The position numbers and the translations under genes were made by a program. Shown here one piece after another: positions 50,058 through 63,721 of a stretch of 64,000 nt of DNA; the first letter of the stretch is position 1; the number at the start of each line of letters is the position of its first letter. Below the pieces are notes generated by a model. The model was not told the DNA's origin. It was given only the letters and a program-made list of their open reading frames with translations, and ran no database searches. This DNA is from Macrostomum hystrix. Taxonomy: Eukaryota > Animalia > Platyhelminthes. Location: positions 18,662,001 to 18,726,000 of the forward strand of contig CATNEN010000039.1 in the NCBI GenBank assembly GCA_950097015.1, written 5' to 3'.

Positions 50058-50929
50058 TTCAACAAGTTCAGGTGTGTGTGTGTGTGGATTTGGAATAATT
50101 AACAAAAATGTCGCTAACAAGCTATTTTCCACTGATTAGCTTTCAGGATGTTTTTTCGGAAAATGTTGATTCTCCAAGTCTCTAAACTTTGTTTCTCTCA
50201 GCATAAAATTTCTGCATCGTTTTTTGTAACAATGAAAGCAGACACGTTTGAAATTAAGCCCCTGAAACTTGGTGTGATGAGTTTTCTGCTTTTTGGATTC
50301 ATTTTTAATGAAACAGAGACGACACTGCAGGCACCTGGTGTGTTTTATAACAATGCCTTCAAAATTGCTGGAAATATGCAACAAAAAGCAAACACTATAG
50401 CCTTGAGCAGAATGTATTGATTATAGCTATGTGACTAGTTTTACCTGGCAAATCAGCACATTTTCACAGTTCTAGTGTGACACTGTCTTAAGGCCAATGC
50501 GGAGGTGCTCAAAAAACTATTTAATTTTCTAAGTTAAAACAAATATCTAATCTTCATTCTAAGATTCTTAAACACACACTTAAGCAGTTTGAAATAAGGA
50601 GTTACTACACTTTATAGCGGATCGCAACTAGACTTAAAATACCCACTAACAGTTTGTTAGATTACTTGCAGGCACTGACACACACTATCGCGTTGTTGTC
50701 TATTTACACTGAATTATACTTATCAACTTTGAATTAAACACTCGTTTAATTTAATTCTGTCTCCACTGTCAACTAGGCCGACTACTCTCTCGGCAGAAGA
50801 ATTCTCGGCAAAACTTCTACTTGATTTTATGAGCAGGGTGTGAGTCAACTATTAGCTGCCAGTGTTAATAATAATAATAATAATTGCAGGAGGGCTGCGG
50901 GCAATGGCACATCATTTGGTGACACTAGA

Positions 50930-51228
50930 CCCGCAGCCAGCGAGGAGGCAATTCTGACCATTTCGCTGACTCCTGAGCACACACACACTCAGATACTCAG
51001 ATACTCAGATACTCAGGCACACGCTCACACAGGTGTGTACATCTGCCCTGACTTTCTCATCGTCAGGCAGTGTACATTCTCACTGTGCCTTGGAGGTTGG
51101 CCCTCAAGGGGCGTAAATTGCACGACAAGCCCCCAAGCCTTCTCTCCGCGGCTGCGCCCCAAATGAATGTGGCCTCGCCGCGGAATCGAGCTTAGGGACC
51201 TTGGTGCGAGAGGCAAACGCGTCAACCG
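50930..51228 (-). mobile_element. tRNA-derived SINE family A
   Basis: Near-identical reverse complement of 12065-12310; internal (ctcagata)n expansion. Confidence 0.88.
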
Positions 51229-51762
51229 TGTTATTTTTGTCTCTTTTTGAATACATTGCAATCAACATAGAAGCAGGAAAACAAATATTATTTGGAATTC
51301 AAGTGTCAGTCAAGATGTTGCAATCTATTACGCGACGATAATTGATGGAGCTTCTTAACGTTATTATTTACTTCTCTAGGATATTAAATCAATATTTTAA
51401 GCCTGTCTATCACGCAGTTGTGCATGCGAATACTTACCTTGTTAAGCCAATATTGCAGGGGCCAATTCTTGGTCAATCCACTGCCTGGACTCTGCATTTC
51501 AAATTGAATTTTAAGGTGGCCTGAGTTTTCAGTCCAAGCTTTTACTGCTATTCAATAGATGGCTTCGGATCTCGAGGTAGTTTAGTTAACTAGAATATAG
51601 TCACTCTACTGACAGCCAATAGGATTATAGCTGCATAGCTATTGGCTAGTGTCGGACCATACAGACAGATTTCCTAATGTTTAAAGATACTGTCGGTCCG
51701 CACTAGTTTTTATGTCAAACAAAAGAAAAATACGTAGGAAAAAAAACGTTTTCTGACAAACA

Positions 51763-53266
51763 GTTTTCCTGTTAGACAGTAGCTTTCCTGTTAGACAGTA
51801 GCTTTCCTGTTAGACACAAGCTTTCCTGTTAGACACAAGCTTTCCTGTTAGACACAAGCTTTCCTGTTAGACACAAGCTTTCCTGTTAGACACAAGCTTT
51901 CCTGTTAGACACAAGCTTTCCTGTTAGACACAAGCTTTCCTGTTAGACACAAGCTTTCCTGTTAGACACAAGCTTTCCTGTTAGACACAAGCTTTCCTGT
52001 TAGACACAAGCTTTCCTGTTAGACACAAGCTTTCTGTTAGACAGTAGCTTTCCTGTTAGACAGTAGCTTTCCTGTTAGACAGTAGCTTTCCTGTTAGACA
52101 GTAGCTTTCCTGTTAGACACAAGCTTTCCTGTTAGACACAAGCTTTCCTGTTAGACACAAGCTTTCCTGTTAGACACAAGCTTTCCTGTTAGACACAAGC
52201 TTTCCTGTTAGACACAAGCTTTCCTGTTAGACACAAGCTTTCTGTTAGACAGTAGCTTTCCTGTTAGACAGTAGCTTTCCTGTTAGACAGTAGCTTTCCT
52301 GTTAGACACAAGCTTTCCTGTTAGACACAAGCTTTCCTGTTAGACACAAGCTTTCCTGTTAGACACAAGCTTTCCTGTTAGACACAAGCTTTCCTGTTAG
52401 ACACAAGCTTTCCTGTTAGACACAAGCTTTCCTGTTAGACACAAGCTTTCCTGTTAGACACAAGCTTTCCTGTTATACACTTACTTACTTACTTACTTAC
52501 TTTGCAGGGGGGCCTGGGGCACTTGACGCACAAACACAGGAACGGCATGCCCCCAGGCCGGCGAACTAGGCGAAAGCCGCCCATCGCGCCGCCTCCCCTG
52601 AGCAGGCACCTCACACACACAGCAGCAAGCCAAGCGGGGAAGGGGGCGGCAGCCGGAGTGCCTCTCACCCCAGGCCCGCACACGCACAGAGCAGACCAAG
52701 CCGGGGCGGAAGGCTGATAGAAATCAGTCCTCAGGGGGGGGCGGGTGACGAGTGTACACTTTATCCAATCGCGCTGACGGAAATCCAGATGAGCGCGCGG
52801 CGGTGTACACCCGCCCCCCAGCCACCCCCCCGCAAGGTCTAACGCCCCAGCGCCAACGCACAAACTCAAACAACGCAGAACAGGCACACAGAAGGTAGGA
52901 GCGAAGCTATTTTTCAAGCTTTGATTGCACGAAATAAGGTGCACCTCCGCCGGTCGCTACTGTCCAAACCCCCCCAACAAGTACCGAAATTAATCGTGAC
53001 CTGAAGGGTGAATCGAACTAGCGTCCTTTGGAGTGCGAGGCAGCGACGTTAGCCGCTGACCCCCCTCGCCCCTGCTTCCTGTTAGACACAAGCTTTCCTG
53101 TTAGACACAAGCTTTCCTGTTAGACACAAGCTTTCCTGTTAGACACAAGCTTTCCTGTTAGACACAAGCTTTCCTGTTAGACACAAGCTTTCCTGTTAGA
53201 CACAAGCTTTCCTGTTAGACACAAGCTTTCCTGTTAGACACAAGCTTTCCTGTTAGACAGTAGCTT
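51763..53266. repeat. 19-bp minisatellite (ctttcctgttagacacaag) interrupted by a SINE
   Basis: Array at 51763-52477 resumes at 53074-53266. Confidence 0.97.
52479..53072 (-). mobile_element. ~590-bp GC-rich tRNA-headed SINE (family C) with (TAAG)n tail
   Basis: Reverse complement begins ggggcgaggggggtcagcggctaacgtcgctgcctcgcactccaaaggacgctagttcgattcaccc (tRNA-like, with B-box) and ends in (GTAA)5. Confidence 0.75.
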
Positions 53267-54017
53267 TAAGTTCTGGTTACCTTTGCAGTCTTATTTTGGT
53301 GTTTGAGTAAAATAAGCAAGAAAGTGTTCTATCTAAAAATTGTCAGAATAAAATGATAAGCGTATTGCTCAAGTGAAGGTATTGCCGAGATGGGTAGCAA
53401 ATACATTGTCAGTGGTAAAAGAATTGTTAGAAACCTGAAGCCTGCCCAAGTTTGTCTGTCCGCGCTTGAAACCTGGAGCAATGCTCAGCTTGAGCATAGC
53501 ACAATTAGTAGGTGCTATCGAGTTTATTCAGAACAAATCTGTGTTGCTTTTGGGCCACGCTTTTGTCACATCTTTATCAGCCTCAGTCGAGCGGAAACTG
53601 ACTTGCATAAAAAGATTAATAATTATTTTGTCCCACTGCTAAGTAAATCATGCTCATACAATTTGATCAATAGGATATTTTCAATCTAGAGATTATGCTG
53701 CAGAGAATTGCTAGATTATGAACCAAATCCTCATTAATATGAAGAGAAAGTTGTGGAATATATGCCAGAGCCAATATCCGTCGGCGACACAATGTCTGGA
53801 CCACCTTATCATGGTGTCTAACTGTACTCGTGTGCCTGTATTGACAGCTCAACAATATTTGATAGAAAAGCGAATAAAGTACTAGAACAATGTTGCTAAT
53901 ATATTGTGACTAAACTAATGATGATGCCTACTAACAAGTAATAAGGATTTAGCTCGTAAGTAGCTTCATCATAAAATTTATCGCATGGCAATCGTTGCTG
54001 GGTATAGTGGTATATTG

Positions 54018-54555
54018 GCAGGGGGAGGGTAGAGTGGAAGGGTAGAATAGGGGTAGAATTGAGGGGTAGAGTGAAAGGGTAGAGCGTAAGGGTAGAGAGG
54101 AAGTGTAGAGTGGGGTAGGGTGGGGGGTAGAGTGGAAGGGTAGAGTGAGTGTAGAGTGGAAGAGTAGAGTGGAAGAGTAGAGTGGAAGAGTAGAGTGGAA
54201 GAGTAGAGTGGGGGTCGAGTGGAAGGGTAGAGTGGAAGGGTAGAGTAGGTGTAGAGTGGAAGAGTAGAGTGGAGGGTAGATTGGCAGGGTAGAGTGGGGG
54301 TAGAGTGGAAGAGTAGAGTGGAAGAGTAGAGTGGAAGAGTAGAGTGGGGGTAGAGTGGAAGAGTAGAGTGGAGGGTAGATTGGCAGGGTAGAGTGGAGGT
54401 AGAGTGGAAGAGTAGAGTGGAATAGTAGAGTGGAAGAGAAGAGTGGAAGAGTAGAGTGGAAGAGTAGAGTGGGTGTATAGTGGAAGAGTAGAGTGGAGGG
54501 TAGATTGGCAGGGTAGAGTGGAAGAGTAGAGTGGAAGGGTCAGTGGAAGGCTAGA
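54018..54555. repeat. 13-bp purine-rich minisatellite (agagtggaagagt)
   Basis: Directly visible. Confidence 0.93.
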
Positions 54556-54974
54556 GTTGCAACGTGGCAGGGCAGTTTTAAGCATTTTTGTGCTATTTTA
54601 TCTGTTTCTGAGTGACTCACCTCATACTACTAACTTACATTGCAAGTAGTGTATTAGAACCAGTTTTGTGGAACTGATGATCACATTTGAAATGTCATTA
54701 GCAATACAAAGCAGAGATTATTTCTACAAAGATGAATGCATCTTTAAAATGCTACACTAAAAAATGTAAGCTGTCCTGCATGCTCTACTCCATTAGGGTA
54801 ATTGTGTCATCTTTTGACTCAAAGGGCAAGCGCTAAAAATAGAAAATTCTTTTGAGTGACAAAGTTTTTGAGAACGCGTGCCGACGATAAAACAAAGCTA
54901 ATTTTTGTTCGTAAAAGCTTTGGAAAACTCAAATCTTGTAGAAAAAAAATTGCTGGCTCTGCTTCCAGTATTCG

Positions 54975-55320
54975 CTCCACTGCCTACTCCCTGAATCCAC
55001 TGTCTACTCCCTGAATCTATTGTCTACTTTCTAAATCCACTGTCTACTCCCTGAATCCACTCTCTACTCCCTAAATCCACTGTCTACTCCCTGAATTCAC
55101 TGCCTACTCCCTGAATCCACTGTCTACTCCCTGAATCTATTGTCTACTCCCTGAATTCACTGTCTACTCCCTGAATCCACTGTCTACTCCCTGAATCCAC
55201 TGCCTACTCCCTGAATCCACTGTCTACTCCCTGAATCTATTGTCTACTCCCTAAATCCACTGTCTACTCCCTGAATTCACTGCCTACTCCCTGAATCCAC
55301 TGTCTACTCCCTGAATCCAC
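54975..55320. repeat. 20-bp minisatellite (tgtctactccctgaatccac)
   Basis: 17 units. Confidence 0.97.
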
Positions 55321-55327
55321 AGAGGGT

Positions 55328-55657
55328 AGAATCTCACTGAACTGCATTATAATCTCGCTAAACTGCATTAGAATCTTGATAAACTGCATTAGAATCTTGA
55401 TAAACTGCATTAGAATCTTGATAAACTGCATTAGAATCTTGATAAACTGCATTAGAATCTTGATAAACTGCATTAGAATCTTGATAAACTGCATTAGAAT
55501 CTTGATAAACTGCATTAGAACCTTGATAAACTGCATTAGAATCTTGATAAACTGCATTAGAACCTTGATAAACTGCATTAGAATCTTGATAAACTGCATT
55601 AGATTCTTGATAAACTGCATTAGATTGTCGCTAAACTGCATTAGATTCTCGCTAAAC
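55328..55657. repeat. 21-bp minisatellite (aaactgcattagaatcttgat)
   Basis: ~15 units. Confidence 0.97.
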
Positions 55658-56155
55658 CTTATTTCCTTACCCAACAGTCTAATTCACAGAATCTACAGTC
55701 TTGTAAGCCTTCTTAATAATATACACTATTGCATTTTTCGGTTGTACATTTTAAGCACCGTTAGCCTTATCATGCACACATTATATACGTATATATCGAT
55801 TGAAAATAAAGCCAATACGAGATCCTGAATTCGCACATTGATATCGATGTGGATTAAAAAATATCAATTGACGAAGAGAAATTTAATAGCGGATGGAAAT
55901 AAGATCACCAAACCTCTGGGGTACAATTTTACCATCCTTATCATGCGGGATGGTTTACAGTTCTTGAGTACATCAATTGAGTCGTTTTTAAAGCTTTCGT
56001 ACTTTTGTCATACTGGTTCCAGCCAGAATGGAAAAAAAATCGACCTGTCTCAGAGACAGCTAAAATGCTAAATCCTTTTGTCGGAGCACGAAAAACAGCG
56101 CATAAATGAAAGCTCTGCTGCAGGAAAAATGCCTAACCAAAGACCAAAATCAACA

Positions 56156-59100
56156 ATGCATTTCACAATTCATATTTTCGTCATTCTTTTGTTAGCTTCA
56201 AATGCTTGCTGTACAGTATTGGAATGCTGTTCTCAGAACAACTTCCGTAGACAAAGAAACAATTACAAATTGACAATTGACGAGAGCAGACTTGTGCAGA
56301 TTTAGATTTTGCTCAATTTGGTAGTTAAACTTAAAGAATGCAAATTGATTAACTTACCTTTCAAAACTTTTATTTGCTGTTTTTTAAGAAAACTGCAGAC
56401 GAATCTGATGTCACCACTGCAGACGAATCTGATGTCACCACTGCAGACGAATCTGATGTCACCACAGCAGACGAATCTGATGTCACCACTGCAGACGAAT
56501 CTGATGTCACCACAGCAGACGAATCTGATGTCACCACAGCAGATGAATCTGATGTCACCACTGCAGACGAATCTGATGTCACCACAGCAGACGAATCTGA
56601 TGTCACCACAGCTGATAAATCTGTTGTCACCACAGCAGACGAATCTGATGTCACCACTGCAGACGAATCTGATGTCACCACTGCAGACGAATCTGATGTC
56701 ACCACAGCAGACGAATCTGATGTCACCACTGCAGACGAATCTGATGTCACCACAGCAGACGAATCTGATGTCACCACAGCTGATAAATCTGATTTCATCA
56801 CAGCTGATAAATCTGATTTCACCATAGCTGATAAAGCTGATGTCACCACAACTGATAAATCTGATTTCATCACAGCTGATAAATCTGATTTCACCATAGC
56901 TGATAAAGCTGATGTCACCACAACTGATAAATCTGATGTCACCACAGCAGACGAATCTGATGTCACCACAGCAGACGAATCTGATGTCACCACTGCAGAC
57001 GAATCTGATGTCACCACTGCAGACGAATCTGATGTCACCACTGCAGACGAATCTGATGTCACCACTGCAGACGAATCTGATGTCACCACAGCAGACGAAT
57101 CTGATGTCACCACAGCAGACGAATCTGATGTCACCACTGCAGACGAATCTGATGTCACCACAGCAGACGAATCTGATGTCACCACAGCAGACGAATCTGA
57201 TGTCACCACAGCTGATAAATCTGATTTCATCACAGCTGATAAATCTGATTTCACCATAGCTGATAAAGCTTATGTCACCACAACTGATAAATCTGATGTC
57301 ACCACAGCAGACGAATCTGATGTCACCACAGCAGATGAATCTGATGTCACCACTGCAGAAGAATCTGATGTCACCACTGCAGACGAATCTGTTATCACCA
57401 CAGCAGACGAATTTGATGTCACCACTGCAGACGAATCTGATGTCACCACAGCAGACGAATCTGATGTCACCACTGCAGACGAATCTGATGTCACCACTGC
57501 AGACGAATCTGATGTCACCACAGCTGATAAATCTGATGTCACCACAGCAGACGAATCTGATGTCACCACTGCAGACGAATCTGATGTCACCACTGCAGAC
57601 GAATCTGATGTCACCACAGCAGACGAATCTGATGTCACAACAGCAGATGAATCTGATGTCACCACTGCAGACGAATCTGATGTCACCACAGCAGACGAAT
57701 CTGATGTCACCACAGCAGACGAATCTGATGTCACCACTGCAGACGAATCTGATGTCACCACTGCAGACGATTCTGATGTCACCACTGCAGACGAATCTGA
57801 TGTCACCACTGCAGACGAATCTGATGTCACCACTGCAGACGAATCTGATGTCACCACTGCAGACGAATCTGATGTCACCACAGCAGACGAATCTGATGTC
57901 ACCACTGCAGACGAATCTGATGTCACCACTGCAGACGAATCTGATGTCACCACTGCAGACGAATCTGATGTCACCACTGCAGACGAATCTGATGTCACCA
58001 CTGCAGACGAATCTGATGTCACCACTGCAGACGAATCTGATGTCACCACTGCAGACGAATCTGATGTCACCACAGCAGACGAATCTGATGTCACCACAGC
58101 AGACGAATCTGATGTCACCACTGCAGACGAATCTGATGTCACCACTGCAGACGAATCTGATGTCACCACTGCAGACGAATCTGATGTCACCACTGCAGAC
58201 GAATCTGATGTCACCACAGCTGATGAATCTGATGTCACCACAGCTGATAAATCTGATGACACCACAGCAGACGAATCTGATGTCACCACTGCAGAAGAAT
58301 CTGATGTCATCACAGCTGATAAATCTGATGTCACCACAGCAGACGAATCTGATGTCACCACTGCAGACGAATCTGATGTCACCACTGCAGAAGAATCTGA
58401 TGTCACCACAGCTGATAAATCTGATGTCACCACAGCAGACGAATCTGATGTCACCACTGCAGACGAATCTGATGTCACCACAGCAGACGCATCTGATGTC
58501 ACCACTGCAGATGAATCTGATGTCACCACTGCAGACGAATCTGATGTCACCACAGCAGACGAATCTGATGTCACCACAGCTGATAAATCTGATGTCACCA
58601 CTGCAGACGAATCTGATGTCACCACTGCAGACGAATCTGATGTCACCACAGCTGATAAATCTGATTTCATCACAGCTGATAAATCTGATGTCACCACAGC
58701 TGATAAATCTGATTTCACCACAGCTGATAAATCTGATGTCACCACAGCAGACGAATCTGATGTCACCACAGCAGACGAATCTGATGTCACCACTGCAGAC
58801 GAATCTGATGTCACCACTGCAGACGAATCTGATTTCACCATAGCTGATAAAGCTGATGTCACCACAGCTGATAAATCTGATGTCACCACAGCTGATAAAT
58901 CTGATGTCACCACAGCAGACGAATCTGATGTCACCACTGCATACGAATCTGTTATCACCACAGCAGACGAATCTGATGTCACCACAGCTGATAAATCTGA
59001 TTTCACCACAGCTGATAAATCTGATGTCACCACAGCAGACGAATCTGATGTCACCACAGCAGACGAATCTGATGTCACCACAGCAGACGAATCTGATGTG

Positions 59101-59454
59101 ACCACTGCAGACGAATCTGATGTCACCACAGCTGATAAATCTGATTTCACCATAGCTGATAAAGCTGATGTCACCACAGCTGATAAATCTGATGTCACCA
59201 CAGCTGATAAATCTGATGTCACCACAGCAGACGAATCTGATGTCACCACTGCATACGAATCTGTTATCACCACAGCAGACGAATCTGATGTCACCATAGC
59301 AGACGAATCTGATGTCACTACTGTAGACGAATTTGATGTCACCAATGCAGACGAATCTGTTATCACTACTGTAATCTGTAAATTTTCAGTTAAATACCAG
59401 CTGGCATCTGTGTCGACTATTGTGAATCTTAATTTTGCGCAAACAGGTAAATAA
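56156..59454 (+). CDS. Candidate secreted acidic (TADESDVT-type heptad) repeat protein
   Basis: Signal-peptide exon 56156-56215 (MHFTIHIFVILLLASNACCT, caacaATG context) can splice in frame via ttttttAAG (56388) into the 3-kb stop-free frame; common repeat variants are mostly synonymous in this frame. Could instead be a non-coding array. Confidence 0.4.
56392..59370. repeat. 21-bp tandem array (actgcagacgaatctgatgtcacc type), ~140 units
   Basis: 21-bp period with no visible indels over ~3 kb. Confidence 0.98.
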
Positions 59455-60067
59455 AATTAACAGTTGAATTACGATTTAAAGAAGTATTTAAAGAAGTTGA
59501 TTGCTTCTCTGGCTTAATTCCATTGTGCAGTTAATCATTACGCTTTCAATAAAAATGTTCTTTATGTTTAGCGTTAAAAAATTTCTTAAAGTAAACACGG
59601 CGAAATTTGATCCTCGCAGCGACTGGCTTGCTTAGAATAATTACTTCCTGTTAGGAAGTCCACAGTCTTCTACACGACAATCCTCTAAGCTTCTGGATGA
59701 AGCCTTTAGATGCATATTTCTTTCAAAAGAAAGAAACTTTACTTTAATTCAAGCGTGTAGAGAAGACCCACTGGCTGTAAGCAACACTTCCTTTGTGGAA
59801 AGCATAAAATTTAAGTTATAAAGTCGGCTTTTGAAGGGCTTAAAAACGTTGCTATGTTCAACTGTACCTACTAATGCTTGGTTTTTTGACATCTTGAAGC
59901 CTATTTTCCTATAGCTTGTCCGAATATATTATTATTATTATTCTAAGTCTTTGGCAGGAAGTTGTATAAGGGGGATGACATTTTCATTATGCTAAACAAA
60001 GTTTGACAAGCGGCAGTGGCAGTAAACGTGGAATAATTATAAACATAAATTTATTTTTTTACTAAGT

Positions 60068-60225
60068 CCTCCAACTATATTTTAAATCTCTAAAGTCTGT
60101 CTGTCTGTCTGACTGTCTGTGGAATTTCGATACACAGGCTAAATGCCTCAACCAAATTTGATCGCGTTTTTTGCTAAACATGCCAAATTTTACTGGCATG
60201 AGACCTTGAAAATTTCGTTAGTCTG
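60068..60225 (+). mobile_element. Probable non-autonomous Helitron-like 5' end
   Basis: actatattttaaat...aaagt(ctgt)n...cacaggctaaa...caaccaaattt resembles common invertebrate Helitron 5' ends (recognised from memory, not searched). Confidence 0.4.
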
Positions 60226-61437
60226 CTTCAATGCTAACAATATTAAATATTCGAAAAACGAGTTTTCCTATTGCTTTCAATAGGAGGCCAAACAAGGTTA
60301 AATTGGAATAGGTCCGGACACTGTCAGCTTTATTAGACTGCATCGGTGCTTTTTCTCGCCCGCGCGTGCATTGGTATAGCACAGAACAGGGCCCGATACT
60401 CTCAATTGAATAGGATTGCGTCACTGCTTTTAGCACCCGTACGTACGAGCCGTACGTTTATAAATTTGTCTCTTGGCTGATCGAGTGATTTGATCTGAAT
60501 ACGCAAAACGTACATAGCAGATTTCATGATTGGGCTTTTATGATGCTCAATGCTAGCGAGACCTCTCCTCCTCCTTTCTATCCATAAAACTGCAGCCTTT
60601 CTATTGTTAAACCATGTCTCGACTTCGATCATTGTGCCGTTTTTTTTTCATCGAGCTCCGAAGTAAAGTACTTTTATGCTTTTGTAGAATGCAGGTAGAA
60701 TTTCAGCATCGGTTTTGTTACTGCTTCTTTTTCTTCTAATCTTCTAATCATCAGCAGTAAAAAACGTAAGCTCCTGTTTATTAGTATTTTTTGGGCATTT
60801 TTGGGTTCGAGTATAAATACGAGTAAGTAAGTAAGCGATTTTGGTTAGCTACTGTCGAAGCAGATATTTGTTAGCTTTATTATTCCTGTACTCGCTTTCA
60901 GAAAAAAGTATTCGTTTTCGAGTAAAGCAGCAAGTTTTATTCGATAATAAAACTTCGGAAATATTTTTGTGCATAGCTGCAGGCGTTATCACAATTGAGA
61001 ACTGCAAGAAAAAAATATTCAGCGCAGCTAAGAGCGTAAATTATTTCAAATTTTTCTATTTTTTGAGTATTGTTTTAAGCGTTATTCGATCAAAAAATAG
61101 CTTATTTAATAATAATAATTATAAAACTTTATTCGACGAACACTGATCGAAACCGTTTTCTAAAGTGCTCAACGATTTTCTAAATGTGTCCAACGATTTT
61201 CTAAATGTGTTTAACAGTTTTCTAAATGTATCTACCGTGCCACATGTAACAGGAGATGTAACAGGAGATATTTGTTGCCTTCTGGGCTGAGTAAAACGAT
61301 GGACACATCGTTTCTATGCTATTTGGGGGCAATGGTTTCCTGTCAAAGAAAAGGGGCAAACATTTCTTGCTGCGAGTTTGGTAGCCTGCAAGTAGCCTCC
61401 ATTCTGGTATTATGGAGGTTCTCTTCTGTTTGGAGAA

Positions 61438-62140
61438 CATTAGTTCTCTGCTGCTGGGGAAATTAGTTCTCTGCTGCTGGGGGAATTAGTTCTCTGCTGC
61501 TGGGGGAATTAGTTCTCTGCTGCTGGGGGAATTAGTTCTCTGCTGCTGGGGGGGGGGATTAGTTCTCTGCAGCTGGGGGGCGGGATTAGTTCTCTGTAGC
61601 TGGGGGGGGAATTAGTTCTCTGTAGCTGGGGGGGGAATTAGTTCTCTGCTGCTGGGGGAATTAGTTCTCTGCTGCTGGGGGAATTAGTTCTCTGCTGCTG
61701 GGGGGGGGGGATTAGTTCTCTGCAGCTGGGGGGCGGGATTAGTTCTCTGTAGCTGGGGGGGGAATTAGTTCTCTGCAGCTGGGGGAATTAGTTCTGTGCT
61801 GCTGGGGGGGGAATTAGTTCTGTGCTGCTGGGGGGGGAATTAGTTCTGTGCTGCTGGGGGGGGAATTAGTTCTGTGCTGCTGGGGGGGGAATTAGTTCTG
61901 TGCTGCTGGGGGGGGAATTAGTTCTGTGCTGCTGGGGGGGGGGAATTAGTTCTCTGCAGCTGGGGGGGAATTAGTTCTCTGCTGCGGGGGGGAATTAGTT
62001 CTCTGCAGCTGGGGGGGGATTAGTTCTCTGCAGCTGGGGGGGGGAATTAGTTCTCTGCAGCTGGGGGGGGATTAGTTCTCTGCTGCTGGGGGAATTAGTT
62101 CTCTGTAGCTGGGGGAATTAGTTCTCTGCAGCTTGGGGAT
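61438..62140. repeat. G-run minisatellite (aattagttctctgctgct + G4-G12)
   Basis: ~28 units with variable G-tract. Confidence 0.96.
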
Positions 62141-62269
62141 ATTGGTTTTTTTCTGCTGAGGGTATTCACTTGTACCTAAGTAGCATTAAGCTGAGTTGTA
62201 TCAAACGTAAGTTGCTTGTGTAATTTTGCCCTAATGGGGCTCTTGGTGTACAGACGGGATGTCTCAGAA

Positions 62270-62480
62270 TGTATTTATTATACTACGACTCGTACTTGCT
62301 TGTGGGTTCACTTTTCCACGAGAAAAAACGGCTGAACCGACTTTCACCATTATTTCGCCAAAAGACGCCAAATTTTCCAGCAACGGTACACAACTTTTTG
62401 CTAAGAAATTGCTTTATTCTAAATGGGATAAAGGTTCCAAAAACATGCTTTTTGCTTATTTTTTCAAAGGTCAAACCATC
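62270..62480 (+). mobile_element. Possible Helitron-like 5' fragment
   Basis: cacgagaaaaaacggctgaaccgacttt motif after a degenerate (cttg)n. Confidence 0.3.
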
Positions 62481-62896
62481 TTGGCCTATTGAGAATTTCA
62501 CTGACGGCCGCTGAATTGAAATTGCATCGTCAACTTGCGCAACACCCCCTAGCTGACTGAGTTAGGAGCCTGCACAATCTGGACACAAATTTGAAATTAA
62601 TGTACACCACCTAAGTGTACTCTATTTATACAAAGCCAGAACTTCGAGAATTCATTTTATTATAAGGCTAATTTTTGCATCCACAATCCAACAGTCGGAG
62701 TAGCCGATGTGTAGGCACTAGGAATAGGTTAGGCTAGGCAAGGCGAAGTGTCCCTGGTTCGACTCTTCACTGCGTCAAATCTTTAAACTAATTGTCAGTC
62801 AGTAGTGATGGAAGCGAAGCGAAAAATTTTTATTTAATTTTGAAAATAAGGGGGAAACTTTTAATTCACTTTTTCACTTCAAAATTTTCACTTCAA

Positions 62897-63712
62897 AAAC
62901 CAGAGTTTGAATCATAGCTAACCAGAGTTTGAATCTTGGCTAAACCAGAGTTTGAATCATGGCAAAACAAGAGTTTGAATCATTGCTAAACCAGAGTTTC
63001 AATCATGGCTAACCCAGCGTTTGAATCATGGCTAAACCAGAGTTTCAATCATGGCTAACCCAGCGTTTGAATCATGGCTAAACCAGAGCTTGAATCATGG
63101 CTAAACCAGAGCTTGAATCATGGCTAAACCAGAGTTTGAATCATGGCAAAATCAGAGTTTGAATCATTGCTAAACCAGAGTTTCAATCATGGCTAAACCC
63201 GAGTTTAAATCATGGCAAAACCAGAGTTTGAATCATTGCTAAACCAGAGTTTCAATCATGGCTAAACCCGAGTTTAAATCATGGCAAAACCAGAGTTTGA
63301 ATCATGGCAAAACCAGAGTTTGAATCATTGCTAAACCAGAGTTTCAATCATGGCTAAACCCGAGTTTAAATCATGGCAAAATCAGAGTTTGAATCATGGC
63401 AAAACCAGAGTTTGAATCATTGCTAAACCAGAGTTTCAATCATGGCTAACCCAGCGTTTGAATCATGGCTAAACCAGAGCTTGAATCATGGCTAAACCAG
63501 AGCTTGAATCATGGCTAAACCAGAGCTTGAATCATGGCTAAACCAGAGTTTGAATCATGGCTAAACCCGAGTTTAAATCATGGCAAAATCAGAGTTTGAA
63601 TCATGGCAAAACCAGAGTTTGAATCATAGCCAACCATAGTTTGAATCATAGTCAACCAGAGTCTGAATCATGGCGAAACCTGAGTTTGAATCTTGGCTAA
63701 CCCAGCGTTTGA
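62897..63712. repeat. 23-bp minisatellite (aaaccagagtttgaatcatggct)
   Basis: 23-bp period. Confidence 0.96.
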
Positions 63713-63721
63713 AAAATCAAC

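Noticed and set aside
62695-62780. B-box-like ggttcgactc suggesting a tRNA or SINE
   Set aside because: No convincing A-box, cloverleaf or second copy in the window
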